A stretch of DNA of 63,767 nucleotides, filler included, from Folioceros fuciformis (lineage: Eukaryota): NCBI GenBank assembly GCA_049999805.1. It is 6 parts of 6 records of this genome, joined end to end, with 100 filler letters (N's around TTAATTAATTAA, not from the genome) between each part and the next. Parts side by side here need not be neighbours in the genome. Positions count along the whole stretch, not along the records: positions 15,131 to 44,988 come from JBNGIO010001631.1; 5 more parts are not named here. One strand, written 5' to 3'. Shown here piece by piece: positions 31,644 to 45,088 of the stretch. Numbering within the stretch: position 1 is the first letter of the stretch; every line of letters starts with the position of its first letter. Made by a program: the position numbers and the translations under genes. The notes under the pieces are model-generated. The model saw nothing but the letters and a program-made list of their open reading frames with translations. It was not told the origin of the DNA and did not search any database.

Positions 31644-32450
31644 CGCTCTCTCACAGTCTGACCGGTCCAGTTCCATCGTCAAAGAAGCTTTCTGTCCTGC
31701 CTCTCCCTATATTATTTATCCCACCGACGTCACTTGGGGCCCTTTCGTGCAAGATAATCCCGTTGCATAAGCAGGAGATCAGCAGCTGCCCAAACCGTCG
31801 GTCGCTCAAAGCTGTAAAAAAGGCTCAAGGCTTGGGCCCGTTGTTCGCTTTCCGTTGCACCAATTTTTGTACTACATAAATGCCCACATGTCGTCCTCCG
31901 CGGTTCTCGATAGCACACAGCGCGACGTCAATTCCTTTCGGCTGGAAGTGCCTAGCCCAGGCGTGATCGGACATCCACCACCTATGCCAGTTCGACTCCA
32001 GCGGCCAGCGTTCATTCCAGATCTGTTTCATAACTGCAGAAGTGTGCGAGGCGTGAAGGTAGGTAAGGCCTTTTAACATAGCCAGCTGAACTCTGGCACG
32101 TCGCGTACCGCCTGGAATGGACACCATTTCATAGCAATGAAGAGTCAATTCAGACTTGAGTGAGGTACGCACCTTCTTCCTGTGTCAGGACGGCCCAGCC
32201 GAAAGCTGCTGCCAGCGCCCTTGGAACGGACAGGAAAGCACGTGCCATCTCTAGCTTTGCAAGTCTAGATGGTGATCTATCGTTTAACACAGTGGTCCAA
32301 AAAATCCAGCGGTACCAACCCGCCTTCCTTTGATTTACTGCGAGGCAATACAAATGCATACACCGGAGGCTGGTGCCACTCATTACAGTAAAAAACTTTA
32401 TATGGGCACAAACCTGCCTGTTGCTTGAGGTGCTCCATGTCTGCAATAAA

Positions 32451-33455
32451 TCATAAGCCTTGAAGGACGGCAGTAGCAGCGAGGGTCGCTATGCCCCAAA
32501 CTATGTACCACCGCGACACGCACATGGAGAATTGCGCTGCTGATTCAGGCAGCGTCTGAGGACCGGGTCCCCCAGCAGGAGGGAAGGAGGGCGATGGATA
32601 AGGTGGTCCTGCTGGAAGTCCGCTTCTTGACATCAGTAAGTCCGCGGAGTTTTGTAAACTACAGAAAGTGCTGAGCTACAGAAATGACAAGTGAGAGCTC
32701 AGGAGATCAAGATGACGCACCTGGAGATTTAGGACTCGGAGGGGAAGGCTCCGTTGGCGGCAAGGGAGGAGAATTCGCATCTGGAGCCGGCTGGACTGGC
32801 GGCGAGGTGGAAGGTGGTGAAGTGCCTGCAGTATCAGCAACCAAGACGGCACAGTGTCACATGTTTAAACCCAGCGCAGGGCCAAGCGCATCAACACACT
32901 CGTAAACCTAATTAGCATCCCCTGCCATGACCAGAAAATCCCGGCGTCCCTCGTGGAGGACAGAGTAAGCAATTGCAATCCAGGAAGACCTCTCCCAAAA
33001 CGAGGAAATGGCCGCCGAGAACAGAGGCAGGCCAACAGGCAGGCGGCACACCAGCCTTACTCAGACCATCTCAGGTCTACAGATTGGCCAATCAGCAGAC
33101 GGATACTACGACCATAGATGGAATCGATACCTGGACAAGAAGAGGGATTGACGCCGGTGACCCCGCACAGGCCGGGAAGCTCCAGGGCACGCGTGGCGTT
33201 GATGCCACCGGTGTTGCCAGAGGACGTGACGCTACACAGGCAAGTTGGCTCGCTCGCCGCCACCGATGCTAACCCGGAGCAGCACTCCTTTGATGGAGCC
33301 TCCGTGCTGCCTGTGACGAAGCCGAAACAGGGCAAGAGGGTGTTGACGACATTGTCGCAGTTGGGAGCAGGCGGCGAGGCTCCATCCGCCAGGGCTGCGC
33401 CACTCGCAGTGGCCATGGCCATGACCACTACAAGCAACACCACAGAGAGCCGCAT
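32451..33455 (-). CDS. GPI-anchored non-specific lipid transfer protein (LTPG/xylogen-like), 3 exons
   Basis: Signal peptide MRLSVVLLVVVMAMATA; 8-Cys motif C-x9-C-x14-CC-x12-CLC-x-C-x-C; Pro/Ser-rich exon 2 (32721-32825); hydrophobic C-terminal tail WYIVWGIATLAATAVLQGL*. Confidence 0.88.
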
Positions 33456-34627
33456 TGCGACGACTGTGGACCTCGGCAGCTGAGAATTTCCGGACAGCCT
33501 AACGGAATGGTAGTAGCTGGGATGAGAAGCCGATTGGAAGGACCGGTCCCGTGGTCTCGCCTTCTTTCTCACGAGGGAAGAACTGTCTTCCTTTGAGAAG
33601 CGTGCTGTCCCATGTAGCTCGCATACCGATTTATTACTGACAGGTGAGCGGCATATTTGATGGCTCTCGTGTTCCGTACCATGTACGACAAGTAGGAACT
33701 ACATCGGTGTAGCTCATGTGCGAGAACTGACTGTCGACGGCTTCGACAGCTCGTTCGCTCCATACGTTGCTCACTCCCATTTCGTACTGAGTGAGACATA
33801 GGCCGTGCAGGCTGTAACTCCACTTTGGGCTGGCCATAGAACCGCAGGATTACAGAGTGAGGGACGGGGTATACAAGACAGCGAGAGGCAGTTACAAGAC
33901 CTGGAGCTGCAGGAACTGATCCTCTCTGCCAATTAGGATGCTTGCAGTTGTACCTGCAGATTACCAGCCTGCAAGCTATGCTTCGAGCGAGCTCGCAAAC
34001 TGCTAAATACTTTCCGTTTCTTCAGTCGGTCGTCCAGAACATTAGGCCCATGCCAACGAAGCAGTTGCAGCTGGTATAGACGAAGCTGCAAGTTTGAGTA
34101 TTCAGTTTAAAACCAACCATCCATCCCTCTGTGGACTACCCGGCTGCCCGGCCCGGCCCGGCCCGTTCGTTGGCTTTAGCCTACAACTTTACCCCCCACC
34201 GAAAAGTGTTGAGGGATTTAATGCAGGCAGTTGCCCAGTCGAGATCGCCAAGTAGCGATCGCCATATTCTTAAGTCTAGACCTACAAAGGAAGAAATATT
34301 TCTGTCGTGGGACTGACTCCCATTTCAAGGTTGCGAAAGAGATCTGTTCCAAAAAAGCGCTCTGACGCCAGAATGGCGCGCCAAGGTACACACAAGTGAG
34401 GTTGCCAAGGTACACAAGCGGTGTGGTGGCGAGTCAGCTGTTTGTTTCGTTTTTGGTTTACATGATATGAATTCACGTGTAACCTTGCTCCTCTCCGTAA
34501 AGTGTGTACCTTTAAGGAAGTTGGGACACCCGGATCGGCCAGCTCGTTTATTGTATGAAACTGCTCTTCCCGCGAAAGAGACTGCACGTCCAGGAAGCGA
34601 TTCAGGCCACCCGTGCATAGCCGTATG

Positions 34628-35140
34628 TTGTACGAGACGGGGATGAAGTTGATACAGAGATGCGACAAAGCCAGGTCTTCATCCTGCTTTCAAGGAGTTC
34701 ACAGTTCATCGGAACTCCGGAGGCAAGTCCCCCTTGAGGCAGATCAGTATTAGTGTTAAGATGCGTGGTGTTTCGTCTCGTACAATAAAGTTCTAGTTCT
34801 GTTGTTGCCGAAAATTGTACCCGACGGGATTGAAGTTGCGGCATAGATGCGACAAAGCCATGTTTTCATCCTGCCTGCAAAGAGGTCTCAGTTCATTGGA
34901 ACTCCGGAGGCAAGTCCCGCTTGAGGCGGATCAGTGTTAGTGTTAAGATGCGTTGCGTCTCGTCTCGTACAACATAGTTCTAGTTCTGTTCTTGCCGTGA
35001 ATTGTACCCGACGGGGTTGAAGTTGTGACAGAGGTACGACAAAGCCATGTTTTCTTCCTGCTTTCATTGGAACTCCAGAGGCACGTTCCCTTGAGGCGGA
35101 TCAGTATTAGCGTGGGTGCGTCTTTTCTAGTATTAAGATC
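34628..35140. repeat. 187-bp tandem repeat, ~2.7 diverged copies
   Basis: Anchor AGATGCGACAAAGCC at 34658 and 34845, variant AGGTACGACAAAGCC at 35032; period is exactly 187 bp. Confidence 0.9.
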
Positions 35141-35499
35141 GTGTATGTCTTGTATCCTGCAACGGAGTCATATCCGGACATGAATGGATTCACATCTACA
35201 CGAGTTCACTGGAACCGTACACGATTAAGATGGGGTGCACTTGCTTGGTTTCCAGTTCTTTCCCAGTACCATGGGGTGCGCGTGGTTAAGGGCTCACTTG
35301 TAATTGATCTAGGTATAAAACTCTGTTATAAAGTAGTAATAGATAAAAAGTCTCCGACATCGCTACCAAACAAAAGGACGAGAATGATGGCGGAAGAGGA
35401 ATCTCCTAATGAGGCTCCTAATGAAACGCTTTTCCTTCGCTCCTGAGATCTTCACTCGGGCTCAACAGTCATCCGTCAATCAGAATTGGAGAAAGCGGG

Positions 35500-38033
35500 A
35501 TGACAGAGCACGTCAGTCAAGCCGGCCAGCTGGAAATGGAGAGTCCTTTGGATTCGACATCCGAAACCCGTCCTCTGGTTGAAGTGCTTGCGGTTGAAGA
35601 GGCCTGCCAAGGCTTAGCGGAACAGGAGACGGCAGAACAGTTCATCAGAGTGCAACAAGAACAAGAAGAGATTGACGGGATTTATTGGTTGCTGGTGTCC
35701 CTGTACTGCAGCCATTTTCTGGCAAGATGGGGGAACAGGTCCGTCCTGCAAAACTACAGCTCCTCCGACAACTTGAAATCAGAAATTGTTTTACAGAAGT
35801 CAATTTAGGGTGCACCTCCATCGTATGTCTGTCTGCCTCGTTTATGCTTGAGACACGGATAGGATTCTCAGGCATGAAAATGAAGAATGTTCCGCACAGC
35901 ATTGAGCATTGAAAGCAGCATTGTCTTTGGATGGTTTCAAGCTTACTTGCGTCATTCTGGCTTTTTGGCTGAAATTATCTCTAAAGTGGGAGCAAGAGTG
36001 TCAGATGTCTTCACTGACATGGATTTTTGGAAACCTTGTACTTTCAGTTAATTCGTCTCATTCTGTCGTGTAGTATGTGGGACTTTGCAGTTGCACTGTT
36101 TATGATAGATATCTGGCCTGAGTCACTTCTGCTGGGAGCCATATATGGCTTAGTGGAATCTGCAGTTGTTGTAAGCCTTGGTGTAACCGTTGGCAACTGG
36201 GTAGATAACACACCACGCCTTAAGGTTCGTTCTTCGTGTTCTGATGCCACCATCTCGTGAGCTTGTTCTCAAACTTATCAACCACACATCATTGACTTTG
36301 ACTGCTGCATCTGCATTTGTGTACAGGTAGTGCGGCTATCTCTAGCAGTGGGAAATGGATCAATCATGGCAGGAGCCGTTGCTGTCTTGATTTTGCTGTT
36401 ACATCCCGGTGCGACCCCGGGTGGCTCTGCGGCATTCGTTGCCCTTGTTATCTTCGTAGACCTTGCGGGAGGCATTTCTAAACTGGGTCTTCTTGCAACC
36501 GATATTGTTGTTGAGAGGGATTGGTGAGTCCCATATGATCTGGTATACAAGGTTTCTCTCCCATTTGGGCTTTTGTCTGACAAGGAACTTCGTTTGGTTT
36601 GTTGGCAGGGTGGTTGTGATCTCCGAGCAATTCAAAGAAAACGGATCAAGCTTGCTCAGCAAAATGAATGCTGTCATGCGTAGAATTGATTTGTGTTGCA
36701 AGCTGCTTGGTCCTGTAGCTGTCGGTTTCCTCATGAGTAGCGTGTCTTTAGTGGCCACCGCCATAGTAATTGCTGCCTGGAACCTGATCACCGTTGGGTT
36801 ACAGTATCATCTTCTTTTCTGGGTGTACCGGTCCATAGCTGCTTTGCAAGTCAAGCATTCTTCTTCTGACAATCCAACAGAAGTTTCGAGCTCCACATAC
36901 GAAATGCTAGGTGTGGATGATCCAGACGGGACCAATGAGGACACAGAGAATGCAACAAGATCATCCGGACGAAGTCTGTTACTGAAAATATCTGAACTTT
37001 CCTTCATCAAGGGATGGAGGGTTTACTTGGGGCAGGAGGTTGTGCTTGCCGGGATCGCCCTCGCCTTGTTGTACTTCACGGTCTTGAGGTACTCGAGAGC
37101 TCATGGTCACCTTGTGGATGGTCAACATGTCTTTGGAATGTGCATCGTTTTAGATATCTGATGGGTAACATGGATTCATCTCCTATCCCTACAGCTTCGG
37201 ACCCCTGATGACTTCAGTACTCCAATTGAAAGGTGTGCCTCCCTATGTTTTGGGCCTGGCTCGTGGCGTGGCATCCCTTGCGGGTATTGCTGCCACTGTT
37301 GCCTACCCTTCAGTGCATGGACAACTTGGACCAGTGAGGACTGGGTTGTGGGCAATTTGGATCCAGGTATTGTTCCGCCTTCCAAGTGGTTACCTCCACA
37401 TATCATTATGTCAAACTTAGAGTCAGCGGTTGACGTTCTCTATGCAACAGTGGTCACTTCTTGCCATCAGTGTGGCTTCCATCCTGGTCTCCAGCCCAAC
37501 CATATCAGCTTGGCTGCTCATTGGAGGAGTTTCTGCCTCTCGGTTTGGCCTGTGGCTGTTTGACTTGGCCGTAACGCAAGTGATGCAGGTGTGATGATCC
37601 TTCTTTTTCTCCATTTAAAGCGAGAGATATGTTTGTGCCAGCCAAATCTCACACAATCGCACCAAACTGCAGGAATCTGTATCAGAGCAAGAACGAGGAG
37701 TTGTTGGTGGGGTTCAAAACTCTTTACAGTCCTTCATGAACATGCTCCCTTTCATTGTTGCCATGTTCATTCCAGCTCCTCAGGTGAGTCCTCGCTGGGA
37801 ACTAAAGTTGCTGAAATTCTCGCAAAAATTACAAGACCTCAGCCCTGACCTTGTGCTATCTGTTGCAGGACTTTTGGATTCCTATTGCCGTATCATATCT
37901 GGCAGTAACCACGGCAGCCATCTTGTACGCTCTACACGCATACCGTGCCCGCGGCCACCTCTTCCACTTTCAAAACGTTGTTCTATGTATGTCCTTGAAA
38001 GATCTGCTGAAATCAGTTTTCTTTAAAGACTGA
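35500..38033 (+). CDS. IREG: Ferroportin / IREG (SLC40A) iron-metal efflux transporter, multi-exon
   Basis: LYCSHFLARWG..MWDFAVALFMI..LLLGAIYGLVES, DIVVERDW, MNAVMRRIDLCCKLLGP, LALLYFTVLSFGPLMT, SRFGLWLFDLAVTQVMQ, ERGVVGGVQNSLQ. Confidence 0.93.
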
Positions 38034-39056
38034 GAATTCGACTGGCTCGATCACGTAAATGTGTACCAATTATGGGAATTATCATACTTTGGTCATCGAG
38101 GGAAACTTGCGAGCCAGGAGAATTCCAGGCGGGTTGTCGCTAACAACCAGGTTGATGCACCATGTTTTGTGCCGTTGATTTACCTACTATGAACGGAGCG
38201 GCGGTCTCAAGAAGGCAGCAAGAGTGCCGGTAGTCGCAGAGAGCTTGTGTAGGGAGTGTTGATATCGCTAGATAAAACATCTTTTCGAACCTTTGTAATC
38301 CCACCCCTTCCTGAAACCTGACAAATTTATTTGTTGGAAGAATGCACACCTTTCGTGTTGTAAGTGACGACTTGGTACGGGTACATCAAAGTTAGCTGGC
38401 TATCAAAAACAGAGGGTCATGTACAAGCATGCGCCACGAGCGGACCAAGGATAGGCAGAGGCTCAAGCGACAAGAGGAAACATGACGACCACCAGCATCA
38501 GGTGCACAACAACTTCCGACTGACTGCAGGCCGTTGCCGGTCGCGTATTGTGGATTGTTCACACTGCAGTTTCTTGCCCTGGGTAAGCCCGGTAGGAGGA
38601 CTGAAGCTTGATCCTCCTATTTGTGCTTGCCCCTTTCGCGGGTAGGAGCCATCAGTAGGTCGCACTGCATAGCCCTTTCCATGCCGATGGGCAGATGCTG
38701 GCAATTCAAAAAAGAAAAGGAGAAATTTAAATCAGGCGGGCCTCTCAGTGGGGTTAAAAGAAAAGACAAAACCAGAAACCAGCGTACACTCGCTATCCAC
38801 TCAGCAGTTTGACAGGAAAGCTCAGGAGAAACATGATAAGGGTGGATTACAACTCTCTACGCGACACTCATCACACGGCTACAACATCACGAATCTAGAG
38901 TAGTCAGCCCTGCAACATCCGATCTCCACCCAAGGAAATTCAACAACGCCAATCATACCGAAGCTTGCATAGTACAAAATCCTAACGTCGTATCTTGCAA
39001 CCTACATTCATCAAAAAGTTTGGCCGGGGTGTAAACCTCACAGTCCAAGTTCTGCA

Positions 39057-42000
39057 CTACTTCCATTCCGTTATGTTCCTTGGCCACAACTGTCTAGCTC
39101 GTCCAATCGGCGAATCAAACTTAGACTTGCGTCTGTCTCTTAGAACTTTGGATTTGCAACTCATACCTGCGTAACCGTGATTGTCCAGTACCTCTGCTGG
39201 AACAATTGGAGATCCCCTGGACGCCACCTCAAGCACGATACCTGCGTCAGGCGTCCCCATTCGTCCCCAGGCACGAGTGTCAACAGCTGGTGAGGAGAAC
39301 GGTGGATGCACTGAACACCCGTGACCGTTACTGGCACCGTTCGTTGCAGTTCCATTGTGAGAACATGAGTTGACAGAGGTTGGGCTCCCATTGGGGACTA
39401 TGCACACCTTCGAACCCCCGCACAAACCCGAATTCATCACGTTCCTATTTATAGCTCTCTTCAGATCCTGAAGCTCACTACAGTTCCTGGAGATAGTCCG
39501 TCTCAGGTCCTGAAGCTCACTCTCAGTCGGCACCGGCCCCTGTTTGTTGGCACTAGCAGCATAGGAGTGTGCTCCACTACTCCTATCCAATCCTTTCTTC
39601 AAGTTCTGCAGTTCACTCTCCAACCGGGCCAGTTCCTGCATACCACGGCACAGGCAATGAGACAACAGAAAGGCGCAACTTGTTCCAGAACTTTAGGGGA
39701 CTCCGACGACCTACAGCCTCTACGCCAATTAATTGAGCTCCGAAAGTTACATAGACCTTTGATCATGACGGCAGCTCTTATGATTGGTTGAGAGGACTGT
39801 ACCCTGCGGAGCAAGTCGTTGTCAGTGACACCCTGTAAAGATTCAGAGACCCTGTCTGAAAGCCGCTTATTGGGATCATTCCACCCATTGTCCGACTCAT
39901 CTGTCTCGCTGCCTTCACTACCAGCATCTACGCCAGTGGTGCTACCGTCACCTATCTCAAGAGACCAACTATGCCGTTGACGGCTTTCTCCAGATCGAGG
40001 TCGCCGTCTTTGCTTGGTAACCGGACTTACCTTAGCAGCAGCTACCTCGGGCGGAGACTTGCCTCTGGTTGTACAAGGTATCGACTGATCGATAGCCGTG
40101 GGGCTGAGCTTACTTTCAAAGAAGCCAGTTAGTCTAGTAACATTTGAGCCCCTGCATTTTTCGGTGGGTCGGACTCCATTACTGTCACGGGCACCATCGT
40201 CACTGACTTCAAAATCAAGCCTGCTGCAACTTACGCTCTCTGGCCTTACGTCCCCAGCTATTGTTGAAGGTTTATCTTCTTGCATCCTCCAATCCTCCGT
40301 CGTACTTTTGTATGAACTAGCAGTATCCTTTTCGTCAATAGGATAACCATCCGACTTGGATTTGTATTCACTGCTCATAGCCGTGTCAGCAGGAATCTGA
40401 AGCTGAATGAGATTCGAATATCTTGAACCAGCAGCTGTCAAGGTCTGATTGTGCAAAATAGGCACAGGCGCTGGAGCTACATGACCTCTGCTAATGGTCG
40501 GTGCAATACTTGACCCCATACTCTGGGCCATCAATCCATCTTCTATCATAATCCCTTCTTGAGCTGCAATTTCCATGATCTGGTCTTGGTCTAACCCAGA
40601 ACTTTCCAGGACCAACCACAAGTTGTTGAGTGCTTCCCTCTGATCGTGAATAATTTGATCCCTGATAGCCATCTGAAACTGAAGCTCCATATTTGTCATG
40701 CCCTGGACAGATAGCAATAGACTGAGATATGAAGTGACAATGCTGCGACAAGACTACCTACTCATTCCGTAGGAGGGGAATTCCCCTTACGGATATTCCA
40801 CTCTTCCGGAATCAATCACTAGAGGGGTATTACTTACCAGTAACCTGTACTGGGATAGGATACGAAGAAACGTTTTGTTACGGTCACTTGCAATCGCTTC
40901 ATCAATCAGTCGTTGCAACTGTTTCCGCTGCGCCTCATTAGCCTCAATGTCCTAGTCCAAGCAGAGCGGACACCAACGTGAATTATCCGTCATCCTCGTA
41001 GTCCAGAAAGTTTCTGCTAAAAGTTCCACATTGGGTACCTGTCTGTAATGTGCACCAGCCTCATCATTATCTCGAATGTTGTCGAGTATTACTTGCCTTC
41101 TTTCAACCAGTGAGTCAATTTCTTGTTTGTCAACGTTCTGTCAGAAGGCGAGCCATCTTCAAACACAAAACTATGTTCCACGTTTTGTAAAAGAAAATTC
41201 AAATGGAGTCCCTCCACTGTACAAGCCTTCAAACCGTATGGTAGGAAGATCATAAGAAATACCTGCTTTCCTGTGATTAGTTCATCCAGCTGCTGAAGTT
41301 CTACTTTGTTGCGGGTATTCATGTCCTCGAGCTCAAAAACGGCTTTCTGTAGGTTGATACGCTCCTCCACATTTTCATTGATGTCACTACTCAAAACATC
41401 TAGCCATGATAGTTCATCATCTGCTGTCTTGTCTGCCGTTCGAGCACTCAGTTGCGTGTCTTTCTCTGCCAGCTCTCTCCTCAGCTGACTTACCTCCACC
41501 TGCAAAGGTAGTCATGAATGGTTGGCACCCAACAAAAACTCTTACTTCCAGCACGTAAACAGGGCATGCTAGTACCAGGGCTCAAGTGTACCTGAAGGTT
41601 GTCGATCATCCTTTGATAGTCGGCAACGTGAGCATCCACCGTGCCTACGTTAGTCTGCACCAACAACTTCAATTAGACTCCACGAGGCCAACCAAAATGC
41701 AAGTCACCGAGGCGAAGCTCAGCATAACCGGTCACCTGAATATGCGTTTTGATCTCCTTCGCCCGGTCAGCATACTTTAACGTGTTAGTAGTATGGTGGT
41801 ACTGATCATCTCCAGACGATACATTGGCAACCATTACAGTCCGCGAATTCCCACTCAAGCCATCCTTCAAAAGCCGTGTCAGCTTGCTGCACTTGCCACA
41901 CAAACATTACTTACTCGACCTACACTTTTCGTGAAGCGACAATCGGCATATGATCCAGTAAACTACGTTCAGTATGTATCCACACCTGTTACGGTATGGT

Positions 42001-44006
42001 ACATAAGCAAGACCTTTCTTCTGCTGCTTGCCGAGTGCGTTAATGCATGTTGCCAGAGCCAACAGCGAACGGTTAATGTTCGCGCCATCCCTGAGCTTCT
42101 GTCCGGCATTATTTGTTTCCGAAGCCCGCTCACTGTAAGGCACACGAGGCTCCCGTGAGCAATGCAAAAGGTCGAATAATAGATTAGAGTTGAGAAAGCA
42201 AAAAAACTCTACTGTTCAAGAAACGCACCTGCCTGCAAGGTCAACCAAAGCCAGCTTGCCTTTAAGCACCTGGGATCTATACTGGTTTTTCTGTTTCCTC
42301 TTGACAATGATTTCCAATACAGCATGCGAACTGCAGACAGAAAAAATCCAAGCTAAAACCAATAGCAGCAAAGGCCCTATCAAAACACTCCAGCTACATG
42401 GCCGGTGATTCGATTAATACTGGCCACGGCGTCCGCTAAGGAGCATGACTAACCGTGACGAGGTAGCATTTGCATCTGTACTCTCTGTTTTCCTTCTACT
42501 ATTCCCTTGATTGAGAAGCTCCAAGATCTTCTCAGCAGAACTGACCTGTATGCAGTGAACCTGGCCCAGTCAGACCAGTTCTGCACTAACAGCAGTTACA
42601 GAAGCAGCAGATACAGCTGATAAGGAAGAGAGATCTCAAACACTTTCCGAACAAGAACAACCCCTCAGACACAGACCCGCCATGCATGATCGCAAAGACA
42701 TAAGAGGAGAGCTTACCTGTATGCGTTTGAGGCCAGCCACCGTGATTCCTTGATCAGGATCTTCACGAAGCTCCAAGTGGCCTGATGATTTCTCGAGCAG
42801 ATCATATATCACCTGCGAAAATCACAGTGAACAGAGTCATGGCAAGTGGTGCTGCGAGGATGTGCAACACAGGACCATGCCCAAAAGATTCTTAGAATGT
42901 ATGCGTCAAGGTTCGCACCTCATTGTAGACTTCGAGATACGAACAAGTAACTTCAAATTCATGTTCGTTGTCCTTTTTCGATATCAGGGCAAAAATTGCC
43001 TGCAAGCTTTGGACCATCAGGCCCGGATCTTCGGTTGTTCCAGCCATAGTGTGTGTCTTACCACTGAAAACACAATTGTTGCGAAACGCGGTTTGACAAG
43101 ATCAAATATCGATGGGACTGGCTCTTGTGCGAACTGTCTGCTTGAGATCCATGAACAACATATCAGGATACCCGGCATTGCATGAGAGAATCGTGTGTTA
43201 CCTTCCGGTAGCGCCATACGCAAAAATGGTGGCATTGAGACCCCGGACCACACCCTCAACCATGGTACCCACGGTGTACTTGTATACATCCTGCAGCCAT
43301 TAGCCCCCGTCCATTCTCCCTTGGTGACTTTACTTTTCAACTTTGACATGAAATTTAACCATCCAACTCTTTTCATTCAAGCTGCTAAGACTTGGCGTTG
43401 AAAATAGTTCAATAAAACAGCAGAACGTCGAATACAAACAGTGACTGCCCAAGAACGCCAGAGTAAGAGAAAGCCAGAACTGGTGACCCGGGCAATCAAC
43501 GCAAACCCTTCCAGATCCAAAACTTGACATTGCCGTTTTGCTTTTTCACCTGGTTTGTTGCCTCCGGTCCAAAGGCAACATCAAAGACATATTTCTTCTC
43601 CTTGCTCCTATTCTGTACACGATCTAAGTAATCCTTTTGAGTGTCCGGGTCAAGAACAACCACAACCTGCACAAAAACCACACGCATGCGAACTCAGGCA
43701 CCATACGACCCCATACTTGAGCATGCATGATATGATCCAATCAATCAAGTATTCCCTAACCTTGTCATCTACTACCCGGAGGATGTCCCGACTTCTGGTC
43801 TGCTCTTTTGGTGTGAGCGGTCTGCATCTCACAGCTACCTAAAGTTTGCCCAAAAACCCAAAAACGAGTTAAGAGCGGCTTAAATCCGCGATATCCAGGA
43901 AGCCCCCAGACAAGTCAGGGAGGCTAAGGCGCAGGATCTGCACGAGTTCGCGTACCAATAGCGTTGTGGCTTGCTTGGACTCCGGAGGTCGGATAGCACG
44001 CATCAT
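39057..44006 (-). CDS. KIN8B: Kinesin-8B family motor (KIF18/19-like), multi-exon
   Basis: [48 protein letters not shown] (P-loop), [64 protein letters not shown], coiled-coil tail. Confidence 0.92.
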
Positions 44007-44988
44007 TGCACCGCATAGAGCTTGTCGCATTGCGAAGGAGACATCAGCAGGACTCCACCCCGCCTCTCTCTGCACTTTTCCCGCGGCTTACTGCAAACAA
44101 GCAACCATGCACCAGGGACTACCCGTTCAGAAACTTCCAGTTCCTGAGCTCGCACCAGGTCTGGCAATAACAGTGCGAGTGCACTGTGTTACCTGGTCGT
44201 GACTGTTTTCGTCACCCACAGCTGCAGTCGCAGCATTCTCACCATCCAGCCATACTTCAAACAGCACCAGATCTGTAACACAAGTCCAAGTACTACCACG
44301 TTACCCTAGTCCATCCAACCATGCTGTCCTAGTGCCTTCCACACTCCCTTCCAGCAGCAGCACCTTCCCGAAAGCCACGCTGACAATTTCATCCCCTCGC
44401 TCCCCGAGTTCAGCCTCACGAGTACCCTCTCCCACGCATTGTACGGCACCAAAATCGGCCCAGCGCCTCAGAATTACAGCCAATTCCACTTACACTTGGC
44501 GGCCTTCTCGGACGCGAGTTCGACTGATAGACCGGGACCGCCGGCGAGGACTCCACCACGTTGCACGCCACCGGGCCCCGGATCTAGCACAGCTAACCGC
44601 CTGCAGGCCAGAAAATACCGTTCCGTGCACGCTCGATCTCCACGGCCGGTCCTCCCTACCAAACTAGGCTCACAAATCTCAGCCTCAGCTGCCGAGAGCA
44701 GCGCGCATCCACGCACCTCACTGCACCGCAGCTACAGGGCAGATTTATCCCTGGCCACGCTCATCCACTCCAATGCGGCGGCTACATTGCCGAGCGAAAT
44801 TCCAGAGCAGTCCAACCTCCAGCCCCGATCTGGAGGCGGAGGCCGAGTCCCTCAGAGTCCAGCCTGGCAGATCCCCGTCAAGGCGGCTGTCCTGCAGGCA
44901 TTGCCGGCCCGATGCGCGTCGTCCTCCAGGCGCTTCAGCTGTCCCCGCGACTCACATCCCGGGTGTCCCAGCACGCACATTGCGCACA

Positions 44989-45088
44989 NNNNNNNNNNNN
45001 NNNNNNNNNNNNNNNNNNNNNNNNNNNNNNNNTTAATTAATTAANNNNNNNNNNNNNNNNNNNNNNNNNNNNNNNNNNNNNNNNNNNN
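44989..45088. other. Artificial contig spacer
   Basis: N/TTAATTAATTAA/N linker. Confidence 0.98.

Noticed and set aside
34628-35140. CRISPR-like array
   Set aside because: Whole 187-bp units are duplicated with no unique spacers, the context is eukaryotic, and there are no cas genes.
38818-38828. AAGCTCAGGAG resembling the miR390 5' end
   Set aside because: The match stops after 11 nt and no hairpin partner is visible.
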